Below, in pieces: positions 13,101 to 24,296 of a stretch of 64,000 nt of DNA. The position numbers and the translations under genes were made by a program. The DNA is from Antedon mediterranea (taxonomy: Eukaryota; Animalia; Echinodermata). The notes beneath the pieces were generated by a model that worked only from the letters and a program-made list of their open reading frames with translations, did not search any database and was not told the DNA's origin. The stretch is taken from NCBI RefSeq assembly GCF_964355755.1, contig NC_092672.1, positions 3,906,001 to 3,970,000 of the forward strand, read 5' to 3'. Positions within the stretch are counted from its first letter, which is position 1, and each line of letters starts with the position of its first letter.

Positions 13101-16100
13101 AGGTCCTTTTTAATTTATTTAACTTTTAAAAATTTTTAATTTTAAGAACATTTAAATTACCGAATTTATTCGAATAAACGCCACATGCTCCCCTCCATAA
13201 TAGAACATAATTTTGAATAAATTCCCCCATCCCCTAGAACATAATTTTGAGTAAACCCCTCCCCACTCCTCATAGAACATAATTTTGAATAAACGCCAAC
13301 CCCACCCTCGAATACACTCCGCCACATGCATACAGTATACACAATTATTTTATTACATAAAACACATTTCTATTTATAGACTTAGATTTAATTGATTACC
13401 AAGCATTTTGATACAATTTTTACAGTATTTTATCACTTCTCGATATTAAGTGTGTTGTTTTTTTTTTCATATCTAGGAGGTATTTATTTGATTATACATG
13501 TTAACATATTACACCCAAAAAAATAAACACCTCCTTCGAATAAACGCCCCCCCCTAAAAACCCTCCTGCTTAACAATAAACGCCCTGAAAAAATGTGTTA
13601 TCGTCAAGATTTTACAAAGTACGATATTCAAAGAATTTTTTTTGCACTTAACATTACCATATAGTTTAACGCCTATTAAAGGAATAGTGCTAATTTGTGA
13701 TCTCTTTGAAGGATATGAATTTGTCGGAGATACACTGTAAGTAACACACCATTAGAAATTCTGTGATATAAACAATAAGTGCATTCAGACTAGGAGAAAG
13801 TGACTGTTCTATAGCAATTTTCATAAGAAATTTTAAACAGAAAATGATGACATACCTGAGTTGTTTGCTTTTCATTTGGTTTACTTTTATTTGTTTTCTT
13901 CAATTTACCTTCATTTCTAGTTTGTAGTTTTGAAGATTCATTCACTTTACCATTCATTTCTTTTGTCCTTTTTTCATCTACTTTACCATTAATTTCTTTT
14001 TTCTTCAGTTTAAAAGTTTTCATGCCAAACCTTGAAATACCTTGTCCTCTTTTCAAAAAATTCCTCTTAGGTTTTGTTTCAATAGTCGGTGGTTTTTGTA
14101 TTTCTTGTTGCGTTTCTAGGCTCAGTTGTTGTTCCAAAAGTTCTTCGAATCTCTTTCCTTTACCAGACACCGGTTGATTATCAAAATCATTAGAAACATT
14201 TGATATATTATTATTATCGTCTTCTTTATCATTATTTTCCTTACAATGGGATTTATTGTTGTTCTGAATGTTGTTATCAAAATGATTATCAATAATCTCC
14301 TCTACATTATCTTCAACACTATCTTCCTTATCAATCCTTCTTTCACCAAGCATCTGCAACTCCTCTGCATCTTGATGGCTAATTTCTGACGATGTCTCCG
14401 GAAGAGGGTAAAAGCCATCCTCAGTATCAGAATGAGGTGCCTCTCCAGTAGAGTCCAAATCAATTTGAGGATTGTCTCTTGTAGGTGGAACTGTCTGAAG
14501 CAGGGTCTGTATCACATGTGGTGGCATGGCGTGGCCTAATGGAATGTCAGTAGATAAGCCCTGGTTGGTGCTCGGTGCCATGAGGTCAGTTGACAGACTG
14601 CTTGTGGAAGTAACTGTTGATGAGTTGATTTTAAAAACACCTGATTTTTGTTTACCTGGTGACAATACACTTACACCTGCATAAAGAATTATTTGAAAAT
14701 TATCTAAAAACCACATTATCAATAATTAATTATCATTATTAATGTATTGTTTGATACATACTACGTGTCAGATGATACAATGGCACGGAAAGTATGTAAT
14801 AATAATAATACAAACCATACTACTGCAGTAACTAACTTATTACTACAGTACAAATATGGTAGTGATATTCCCAAATATAGTAGTGATATGACATAATCAT
14901 ATATGGGCACATCACTTTTGTTGTCATATAAAGTTTGATAGTGTGGACAGAGCTTTACTTACCTCCTCCCCATTGCTTATGGCGTTGAGCTGACAGTATG
15001 CTTTGTACTCTCTGTTGTTCATTTCTTAACACATGCAATTGTTCCTGTTGCTGCCTTATCAGCTTGTCCTGTTGTTCTTTTTGCCATTCTTTTAATTGTT
15101 TAAATCTTTGCAGGAGCTTTGCCTGCTCTTTGCTTTGCTGTTGATCTAGTACGTTAAGACTTATATCTACAAAATAACAGTTAAAAGTCAGAACAGAAAA
15201 AAAAAAAAAAGTCAGAACAGAACACATGAATATAACTACAGTACTTGCTATTTAGCTATGTGCACATTTTTCAACAGACTGGTGTATGATCAGGGCTCGC
15301 AGAATCGCTTGCCCGACGTCCCGCGGCAACCAAATAAATACGTCGGGCAACTAAAATTTAACATGTCATGTCCCGACGGGCAACCTCTTAAAATCACCGA
15401 AAATGTCCACGATGTTTTACAGGGGTTGTGAAAAACTGTAACAATGAAAATAATAGTCGCGCACGAACGAATTCTCTTGACGTCGAGACCAGTGTAGTGT
15501 TTGTTAAGTAAATGTATGGAACGGAATTCGGTGGTATGGAACGTTATCTCCAGGAGCCAAAACATGTGTTTCTATGCAGTCGGGCGTATCAAGTCGTTGC
15601 GTATAGAGTTTCCAGGTCTGTCATATAGCACGCGGTCTCTTGCGGCATCCATTGATCGCGAAATAGGAAGCGTTGAACTCTCAGCTTTTAACTTTATTTA
15701 AAGTTATTATACCAGGGAGTTTCTAATTAACAACTCCCTAGTTATACTATAAACCAAATAAAATAGGGGCTAGTATGTTTTTGTTTTTCTCAATTATCGA
15801 CATCATTTTACGGTGGTAATAAAATCTGAATCTACTACTTAGTATTAATTATGTGGCCTACAGCCTGATAGTAGATTAGGCCTATGTTTAATTACATTCA
15901 TGTTATGTATTTTGTGTGTAATAAATAATTTGCTGAATTACTGTAATTATTGTTCAAATGTACAGTTGTATTGAAAATACAGTATATTATTAAATTATAA
16001 TAGATACGTAATTTTAATTGTCTGTGTGTACCAAATAGGCACCGGCCGATGTTTTTAACACAGGCAAGTAGGCCTACCATTTTTTTTATAAATATTACAG

Positions 16101-19100
16101 AATATAAATTTAATAGGCCTAATAATTTATTTAATAAATACATTGAATACTTAAATAGTTACAGTATATTTTTTATTATCAACATTGAAAATAATACACT
16201 TCTTCGGGTATCGCCGAGAGTTGAACTTTCAAAAACTTCAACTTGGCGGAGCACGTGGTTTTCACCACAATTCGGCACAGTTCCCTTGTGTTGTTTTCAA
16301 TCACAAACTTGTGCGAGCAGATGGTTGTTTTTATCCAACCTGTGCGAGCTTCTACTGAAACAACAAGTAAACTTCCACAAGCCCGCACTCTCCACCACAC
16401 ACCGTACCCATGTGCTCCTACTACGTACGGCTGGCGATTTTTTTTTCCGTACGAGAGTTCCTCCATCGGTTCGTTTCGGACTCAATCGACTCTCTTCGGT
16501 ATTCGGTAAAGTCAGCTCACTGATGCGTGACAACATAATACAATTTACATTTACAAACCGCGAGCTAATACTTTCACAGGCTCTCATAATAGTAAAATGA
16601 ATCTACACTAATACGAGTTTTGATGACATTAATTAATAATACTAGGCCTACTTAGTAATTACATTAAGAACCCAATAGCATATTGAAGATATTTAGGTCT
16701 ACGACCCAATAGTAGGTCGTATCAGATATTATTTGTTGAAGTTGAACGACCTTTTGTCACAAACGAAAGGCTCTTTTCTTATCGTTTATGGTATTGTAGC
16801 TAGCCCATGGCTAGCCTAGCCAAGCTTGTGTAAGCCTATGCAAGGTATTACTTTTGAATTTAAAATGATTATGTACAGTAGGAATTCCTATGCACAGTGT
16901 ATGTTTTTTATACCTTTTAAAATAATATTATTAAATTAATATTTATATTGTAAGGTAATGGAAATTTTACGTTAAAGGTGTACGTATTAATTATCCCCAA
17001 TCTTGAAAAATAAAGATTTCAGACTTTTAATATAGGCAATTTTGGAGTTTTAATTAAGTTATAGGCCTATAACTAATATTATTGTTTATTATGTGTATAT
17101 GTAATTTGGAAAATCATAAAAAATACATGCAAAGTAAAAAACATTCAATTACGGTACTGACACGACTGCAATAGTACAAATACATTTAATAATAACACAT
17201 TTTCCAGGAAGCTTATAATTATATGTGATACTATCATCTTGTCATGAAGATCGGTTTTCTGTATTCCATATTCTTGATTTTATTTTTTTTATTATGGTTT
17301 CTGAAATAAATAAAAAAAAAAATTGTTCATTTTAATTCAAAATTTCCACCGGCCAAGATATCAATAATGATTAAATTAACACAATATTAAACGCTTTATA
17401 AGCAAGCATGTTTCTATACATACAACTTACATGTTACTAGGCCTATAGGCTATATGTATACAATTTTTCAATTGTTACCTTTAAAAACCTGAAGAAAATT
17501 GTAATTTTCTTGATAAAAACATCTGTTAGTGTTACTTCTGTAAATATAATTTCTAACCTACTACTTGATCATTTTATTAAAATAAAAAATAGTACTGTAG
17601 ATGGAAATGTACTACATTGAAGCACACGTACCATGGAGTAACTCCATGCACGTACGTAGGGCTAGGCTAGCTAGGCCTTGCTTGTGACGACCAACAAACA
17701 AAGTGCTGCTGCTGTGTGTTACTGTTTGTGAATCTGATGGTACATACATTGGTTTGTGGCTGCCTATACAGTATTATATTATTAAAATTCTAGGCCTATT
17801 ATTATTATTACAATGACGTTCAGTACTACTATTAATATTTATTATTATATTTACAGTGAGTATAGTATTAGGCCTCTAGTCTAGTATGTATAAATCTGTC
17901 ACTCGTGCAAAAAAGCTGCTCACGTTTTGTCTTGTGGTTGCTGTCACGCATCAGTGAGCATCGGTGGCTTACCGAAGAGTCGATTGAGTCCGAAACGAAC
18001 CGATGGAGGAACTCTCGTACGGAAAAAAAAATCGCGTACGGCTGCAGCTGCTGTGAGTTTTTTTGCTATACGCATGCGTATTGTTTCACGTCACGTAGAG
18101 ACGGACGCGATTTTTTTTTCCGTACGAGAGTTCCTCCATCGGTTCGTTTCGGACTCAATCGACTCTTCGGTAAGTCACCGATGCTCACTGATGCGTGACA
18201 AGACAAAACGTGAGCAGTTTTTTTGCACGAGTGACAGATTTATACATAATTTAGGCCTAATACTATACTCACTGTAAATATAATAATAAATATTAGTAGT
18301 AGTACTGAACGTCATTGTAATAATAATAATAGGCCTAGAATTTTAATAATATAATACTGTATAGGCAGCCACAAACCAATGTATGTACCATCAGATTCAC
18401 AAACAGTAACACACACACAGCAGCAGCACTTTGTTGGTCGTCACAAGCAAGGCCTAGCTAGCCTAACTAGCCCTACGTGCGTGTGCTTCAATGTAGTACA
18501 TTTCCATCTACAGTACTATTTTTTATTTTAATAAAATGAAGTAGTAGGTTAGAAATTATATTTACAGAAGTAACATAACAGATGTTTTTATCAAGAAAAT
18601 TACAATTTTCTTCAGGTTTTTAAGTGTAACATTTGAAAAATTGTATACATATAGGCCTAGTAGTAATTGTATTCTTGTAAGTTGTAATGTATAGAAACAC
18701 ATGCTTGCTTATAAAGCGTTTAATATTGTGTTAATTTATAATTATTGATATCTTGGCCGGTGGAAATTTTGAATTAAAATGAACAATTTTTTTTTTAAAT
18801 TTATTTCAGAAACCATAATAAAAAAAATAAAATCAAGAATATGGAATACAGAAACCGATCTTCATGACAAGATGATAGTATCACATATAATTATTAAAGC
18901 TTCCTGGAAAATGTGTTGCAGTATTATTAAATGTATTTGTACTATTGCAGTCGTGTCAGTACCGTAATTGAATGTTTTTTACTTTGCATGTATTTTTTAT
19001 GATTTTCCAAATTACATATACACATAATAAACAATAATATTAGTTGTAGGCCTATAACTTAATTAAAACTCCAAAATTGCCTACATTAAAAGTCTGAAAT

Positions 19101-21184
19101 CTTTATTTTTCAAGATTGGGGATAATTAATACGTACACCTTTAACGTAAAATTTCCATTACCTTACAATATAAATATTAATTTAATAATATTATTTTAAA
19201 AGGTATAAAAAACATACACTGTGCATAGGAATTCCTACTGTACATAATCATTTTAAATTCAAAAGTAATACCTTGCATAGGCTTACACAAGCTTGGCTAG
19301 GCTAGCCATGGGCTAGCTACAATACCATAAACGATAAGAAAAGAGCCTCTCGTTCGTGACAAAAGGTCGTTCAACTTCAAAAAATAATATCTGATACGAC
19401 CTACTATTGGGTCGTAGACCTAAATATCTTCAATATGCTATTGGGTTCTTAATGTAATTACTAAGTAGGCCTAGTATTATTAATTAATGTCATCAAAACT
19501 CGTATTAGTGTAGATTCATTTTACTATTAGAGAGCCTGTGTGAAAGTATTAGCTCGCGGTTTGTAAATGTAAATTGTATTATATTGTCACGCATCAGTGA
19601 GCTGACTTTACCGAATACCGAAGAGAGTCGATTGAGTCCGAAACGAACCGATGGAGGAACTCTCGTACGGAAAAAAAAATCGCGAGACGGACGGCGATAT
19701 TTTTTTTTTCGCTCAACGAAACTGCCAGCTAGCCAGAATACTGTTTTCTGATTGGATGTTGATGTCACGTGAGTTGTTCAAATCACTCACGCATGCAGTT
19801 CGCCTCAGTAGGTAATTCCTCCTCGCACTCTCAGAGCGGTTGCGACTCGCACTGCTCTCTAGGCTAGCAATTTACGTGTTGTAGGAATCGTACATTTCAA
19901 TGGCTCGCTGCCTGAGAGCGCGCTGCCTGAGACAACTACTAGCTCCTTGCACAACAGATAGAGGAGGCTTACAATTTCCCGCATAAGAGCGGCTAAACCC
20001 AAAAAGCGGAGAACTTGTGAAGGGTTTTTTGGAAGAAGTATTTTTACTTTCTCTCGCCATGGATGGAGTAATACATTAATTAATTTTATTTCCATGGAGG
20101 AATTGGCCTCTCTCAATGTTTATTTACGTTTCGCGTACGTTTCATGCATTCATTTCAATTTCACGTGGGAAAAATCTTTTTAGGGCCTTCATGACGGCAA
20201 CATCGGGTTGGCACGGTCGAAATACACTTTTGTCATCGTCATCCTTTTATATACTGTCAAAAAAAACTACTAAATTAAAGCACTCAGGCCTAATAAAAAT
20301 AACATTAAATCATTTCGGAGTAAATTGAAAGAGCCTAAGAAAACCAAAGTTTCTGAAATCTACTTTTAGGCCTAGGAGGCCTACATTTCTATAGGCAATA
20401 TTTTAGATATATCTATTAAATAATTGTAAGATAATTAGTGCCATGTCTAGGCTACTACATTTTAAATATCGCAAAATAGCTTGATTTCGGAATTTCATTG
20501 CACAATAGAAGCAAAACGTTTTTGCTCCCAAAGTAAACCCACGTGAATACGCCTTTTTCATTCACGAAACGGAACACATCTTCGATCAATGACAAACAAT
20601 GCCGTGCAACGAAGCGTAACCAACAGAAATAACATAGCGTTTTCAAGGGATTTCAGGACACCATGTTAATTAAACAATCGCAACTCTTGTACGGAGGATC
20701 GTATGAGAAAATAAATTACTCTAAAATGTTCTTAAAAGATTGGCCTACATCACTGTGTAATTGAAAAAATTTGAAAAATTGTTTTCACTACTTTAAAATC
20801 CATCGAAAAAAACACCACAGTGTATTAAGCATAGGCGTTTTTCACCGACGTTTTTTCGCGGTGCAGTCGCGGTATAAAACGTTAAAATTAAGTTAAAATA
20901 GTGGGCAAGTAAAAAAATGATGAGGGCAACCAAAATCTAAAACCTACTTGCCCGAAGGGCAACCAAATATTTTAGGATTCTGCGAGCCCTGATGATAGTG
21001 TTGTGCATACAATGAGACTATAGTAAAAATAATATAAAATTAAACAGATGACTGTTACAATAGCATCCATAGGTTAAAGTTTAAAAGGCAAACCTTGGTT
21101 TAACATCGGCATGTAATCAGCTATTACTCCAGCTTGTGACGACTTGATTGAAAAGTGCTGAGGTTGACGATTTTGTGCATCCAT
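4186..21184 (-). CDS. CENPJ: Centromere protein J / SAS-4 / CPAP (centriole assembly), 15 coding exons
   Basis: C-terminal Tcp10/G-box repeats ([83 protein letters not shown]), a PN2-3-like segment ([11 protein letters not shown]...[14 protein letters not shown]) and coiled coils. Exons: 21094-21184 (ATG; MDAQNRQ...SQAGVIA), 14963-15166, 13856-14676, 12835-13083, 11489-12164, 11166-11350, 10738-10899, 10467-10570, 10163-10256, 8812-8982, 8401-8579, 6976-7216, 6338-6478, 5702-5775, 4710-4905, 4186-4314 (16 segments as listed; the count depends on some central boundaries, which are approximate). Confidence 0.93.
6058..6189. mobile_element. Same MITE family, copy with TTA TSD
   Basis: TTA|AGCTCTGTCTACACTAT...ATAGTGTAGACAGAGCT|TTA. 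Confidence 0.88.
7865..8026. mobile_element. Abundant 130-160 bp Tourist/Harbinger-like MITE (representative copy)
   Basis: TIR AGCTCTGTCTACACTATCAAAC, TSD TAA on both sides, core TGTGCCCATATATGGACATGATGA. Related full or partial copies near 3958, 5884, 6058, 6511, 7400, 7566, 14850, 24910, 25592, 36275, 39137, 53192 and 55605. Confidence 0.88.
8712..8822. repeat. 18-bp tandem repeat (GACTGACCTTTAAACTAT)n spanning a CENPJ splice donor
   Basis: About 6 imperfect copies. Confidence 0.85.
9237..9411. mobile_element. Palindromic MITE with TAA TSD (Harbinger-like)
   Basis: TAA|AGCGTGGTTCCCACTAG ... CTAGTGGGAACCAAGCT|TAA; internal ACGCAA/TTGCGT repeats in mirror arrangement. Confidence 0.85.
9483..10068. 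mobile_element. Kolobok-like non-autonomous element
   Basis: TTAA|AGCTCAGGTACAGGCA ... TGCCCGCACCTGGCCT|TTAA; imperfect TIR, AG..CT ends, TTAA on both sides. Confidence 0.55.
12170..12700. repeat. 21-bp intronic minisatellite (AACAATATCAACATTTTAGAT)n
   Basis: More than 20 direct copies visible; it abuts the acceptor of CENPJ exon 11489-12164. Confidence 0.95.
15291..20991. mobile_element. 5.7-kb non-autonomous TIR DNA transposon (hAT5-like) in a CENPJ intron
   Basis: Perfect 16-bp TIR CAGGGCTCGCAGAATC (15291-15306 / 20976-20991), 5-bp TSD ATGAT (15286-15290, 20992-20996) and repeated GGGCAA/TTGCCC subterminal motifs at both ends. No transposase ORF recognised. Confidence 0.88.
16435..19683. 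repeat. Large inverted repeat: two arms of about 1.6 kb with a spacer of about 70 bp
   Basis: 16435-18036 is the reverse complement of 18106-19683 at every block checked (e.g. 16621-16710 vs 19405-19495; 17885-18035 vs 18107-18248), with scattered small indels. Confidence 0.95.
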
Positions 21185-21334
21185 TTTTTAAAACTTCACT
21201 AGAAAATATAATAATAATTCATCAGTGACATTCCTAGCTAGGTAGATAATATAGCCTATTATTACCGTAGTTATTCAAATAAACGCCAAGGAACGTTTTT
21301 TTAGAGGGAATTTAGTCAAGAAGAGAGGGTGTAA

Positions 21335-22021
21335 TGCACTTGTCAATTGTATGACGCACTATACGACCCCCGGGAGAGGTGCGTCATTTGTCCGATGTGA
21401 GTCATACCTTTGTATACCATGACGCACCCCTGCGTCAAAAAAGTGACTTACCTTTACTAGACAATGACGCACCTATTTTTAAATTATTGACGGACCTTTT
21501 AGTGAATTATGACGCACCATGACTGTCTTTTTGACGTACCTTCACTGACGATTGTTGACCCCGACTACTGCAGTGCATGCAGTGTTATATCAAAAATCTC
21601 AAACTAATACGCGTGTCTGGTGCTATATGGAGGCGCGCCAGGGTCGTCGATCGATGTTAATCAGGCCGGCTAGGAACGTTCTCGCGCGCGCGATCACACA
21701 AAGATTGGAACGGCTATTTATAATACAAATATTATGTCATTTTCCAGTTTGGCCGATAGAGGGCGCGAGTGATGACGCTCTCAAGCGTGACAATGTACAA
21801 CCTGGCCGCCCCTCCGCGATCGTCAAGGCCTTGTTTTCAGGCTTTTTGGGTGGCGCGGGTCGGTGGTAAAGTGACGGACATTGACGCACCATTGAACATT
21901 GAGGCGACGCACCATTTGGGTTCTTTGACGCACCCCTGTGTCATTAATTATTTGTAAATGACGCACCCATGACGCACCACTCCCGGGGGTCGTATAGTGC
22001 GTCATACAATTGACAAGTGCA
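21335..22021. mobile_element. MITE with TIRs of about 50 bp and TAA TSD (PIF/Harbinger-like)
   Basis: TAA|TGCACTTGTCAATTGTATGACGCACTATACGACCCCCGGGAG ... CTCCCGGGGGTCGTATAGTGCGTCATACAATTGACAAGTGCA|TAA; many internal TGACGCAC motifs. Confidence 0.85.
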
Positions 22022-22399
22022 TAATATGCATGTAGTTTACCACCGCCTACTACTAGAACCTAGCGTAGTAGGCCCTAGCTAGGCTAGTAGAGAGAGCCTC
22101 CCTCTTCCTGTTGCCTACTCACTATACTAGCCTAGGCTCTAGGCCTAGGGCCGGCCTATTTACTAGCTTTTGCCTACCTCACCTAGTCTAGGCCTACTAG
22201 GCCAGAGCAGAGCTAAATATGGCTCTGGCCTAGCTAGTAGTAGGCTAGGCCTAGCTACTTTCGTACCTACTACGGGCAGGTATTAATATAATAATTAATT
22301 ATCTGATACGTAGGCCTATATTATATATGTATGGATCAGACGTGCGTTATTTTGTATATAAAAACTTGCTAGGCTAGGCATAGTTAGACCTAATAAAGT

Positions 22400-23303
22400 A
22401 CTTTTTATTCAAACTTTTTTTTCAGCGCCGCGATTCTGAAAATAATAATTTTGAATGACAAAATAGCGCCCTCAAAATAGCTTACAGTATGGAGCGTAAT
22501 AAGCGTCAGGAAATTTGTCTCGATGATAAACACATATTTTAAAATTCCATCTGAATTTAAAATTAACATAATTGTAATTCCTTGAAATATAATCTAATTG
22601 ACTATACATTTTAAAAAACAAAAGAAAACAAAAATGAATTTTAGATTACAAGGATTTGATAAAATGTGATGCATATTTGGCGCACCACACTTATTTCTAA
22701 ACTTCACTTTATTTGTTTATAATGTTTTAAAAATCTTTTATAAAGATGAAACACTTTAAAAATACATTTCATTAAAACCTTAAATTTGTATTTTTTTTAA
22801 ATACTTAGAAATATTTTATTAATACTGTAGCAAAAACATTCTCTCAAAATATTTTGTAAGAATTAGTTGTGGCTGTTTGGGCTACCTCAGGAGCTGATAT
22901 CTTTTCAGCATTTTCGCATTGGAAAAATTGTTACGGAAGTACGGTATACCACATAGCCTCGGTCCTCATACGGCAGTGTTTAAATTTACCATTTAGCGAA
23001 TTTTCAAAAACTTTGTGATATTCAATTTACTTTTAACATTTGGATTCACTAAAAAATGTTTCTTTTTTATGTTTTTATCTGCCTTTTAAGCAAACAAGTG
23101 TTCAAGCTACACACCGTCGTACTGCGGCGCCCTCCTTTTTACTGCCCATAATGCAGTTCACTTTGGAAGGTGATTTTTTTCAAAGAGGAGGATAGGAGCG
23201 ATTATCAAATGATATAAATACGATCTTTGGCCTCCCGTTTCTCAGATTATTGTTGCTTTGCTGATCGTGTTACTTATCTCTAATAATATTAAGATATCTG
23301 AAA
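22400..23303. promoter_or_regulatory. Putative bidirectional promoter between CENPJ (-) and COX6A (+)
   Basis: Head-to-head genes. TTTGGCGC (E2F-type) 22676-22683, CGGAAGT (ETS/GABP-type) near 22934, TGCCCATAATGCAG (Staf/ZNF143-type) 23143-23156, TTTGAA (CHR-type) on - near 22408. The CENPJ ATG exon has an upstream acceptor, so a non-coding first exon is expected here; it was not located exactly. Confidence 0.5.
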
Positions 23304-24296
23304 ATGTCCGCTTTAAGATTTATTTTTACTAATACATCTCGTAGATATCTTTCAACATCTGCTTTTCGCAGTTCTCAGTCAGCTACCGTTGGTGAACACG
23401 GACGTAAGTTTGTGAGCTAGCGCTAGACCTCCTCTAGCTAGGCTAGGCTGGTTTTATTTGTTGCTGGTCATCTCGTACCCCAAACCAACACTTACTTGCC
23501 TCTAGAGGCTAGTCTAGTAGACCTATACTGTATTGACTTTTTACAAAGGGAATAGGCCTACACTAAAGTACAAATATTAATAATAAACTTTAATAATTAA
23601 TGTGTACCTGCTGCATGTTGCATGTTTTATTTTCCTCACACCAATCAATGTAGCTAAAAAAATCAAAACTTTATTTCTTGACCACAGTATTTGTTATTTT
23701 AATTCTTTCAGAATCTGCAAATACTTGGAAATATCTTTCGTTTTTCGTGGCATTTCCAGGAGTAGCATTATGCATGGTGAATGCCTACAAAGGAGAGATG
23801 GAACACAAAGCGCATGCACATAGACCAGAGTTTGTTGCCTATCCCCATCTCCGAATTAGGAACAAAGTAAGTGCTGTATACCCACACTCCACATAATATA
23901 TTATTATTATTGCATTAAATTAACTTGATGATTTTAAGGGACATGTCAAAATAACTTCATTTATGGGTCTTTCACACCTGTTCTGGCACAGTTTTCACAT
24001 CACATAGCCGTGTAGGGCTTCATGAAAACAAACATTGACATGCGATTCGCTGGACCAGAACCGTGCTGGAACAGGTGTGAAAGACCCTTTACTAAATCAA
24101 CAGTAGCAGTAGCCTTTGCAATAGCTTTCACAGTTCACCAATTTAAAAAAAAAACTATAAAATATATATATTTAGTTTGCTTTTCATGTGACATATTTCT
24201 TTTTTAAAGGCTTTTCCGTGGGGAGATGGAAATCACAGCTTGTTTCACAATTCTCATCAAAACCCATTACCAGAAGGATATGAAGATGAAGAATAA
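23304..24296 (+). CDS. COX6A: Cytochrome c oxidase subunit 6A, mitochondrial (3 exons)
   Basis: Exons 23304-23403, 23712-23866 and 24210-24296 give [113 protein letters not shown]. This has an Arg/Ser-rich transit peptide and the signature [26 protein letters not shown] near 24459. Confidence 0.97.

Noticed and set aside
13157-13625. Tc1/mariner-like remnant (TACCG..TATTCGAATAAACGCC) with repeats of about 40 bp; similar remnants near 1680-1840 and 21263
   Set aside because: Matching second terminus and TSD could not be established, so it is not listed as a defined element.
16049-19768. ORFs sharing [19 protein letters not shown]
   Set aside because: Translations of the four-copy 100-bp inverted-repeat motif; no domain or splice support; no transposase motifs.
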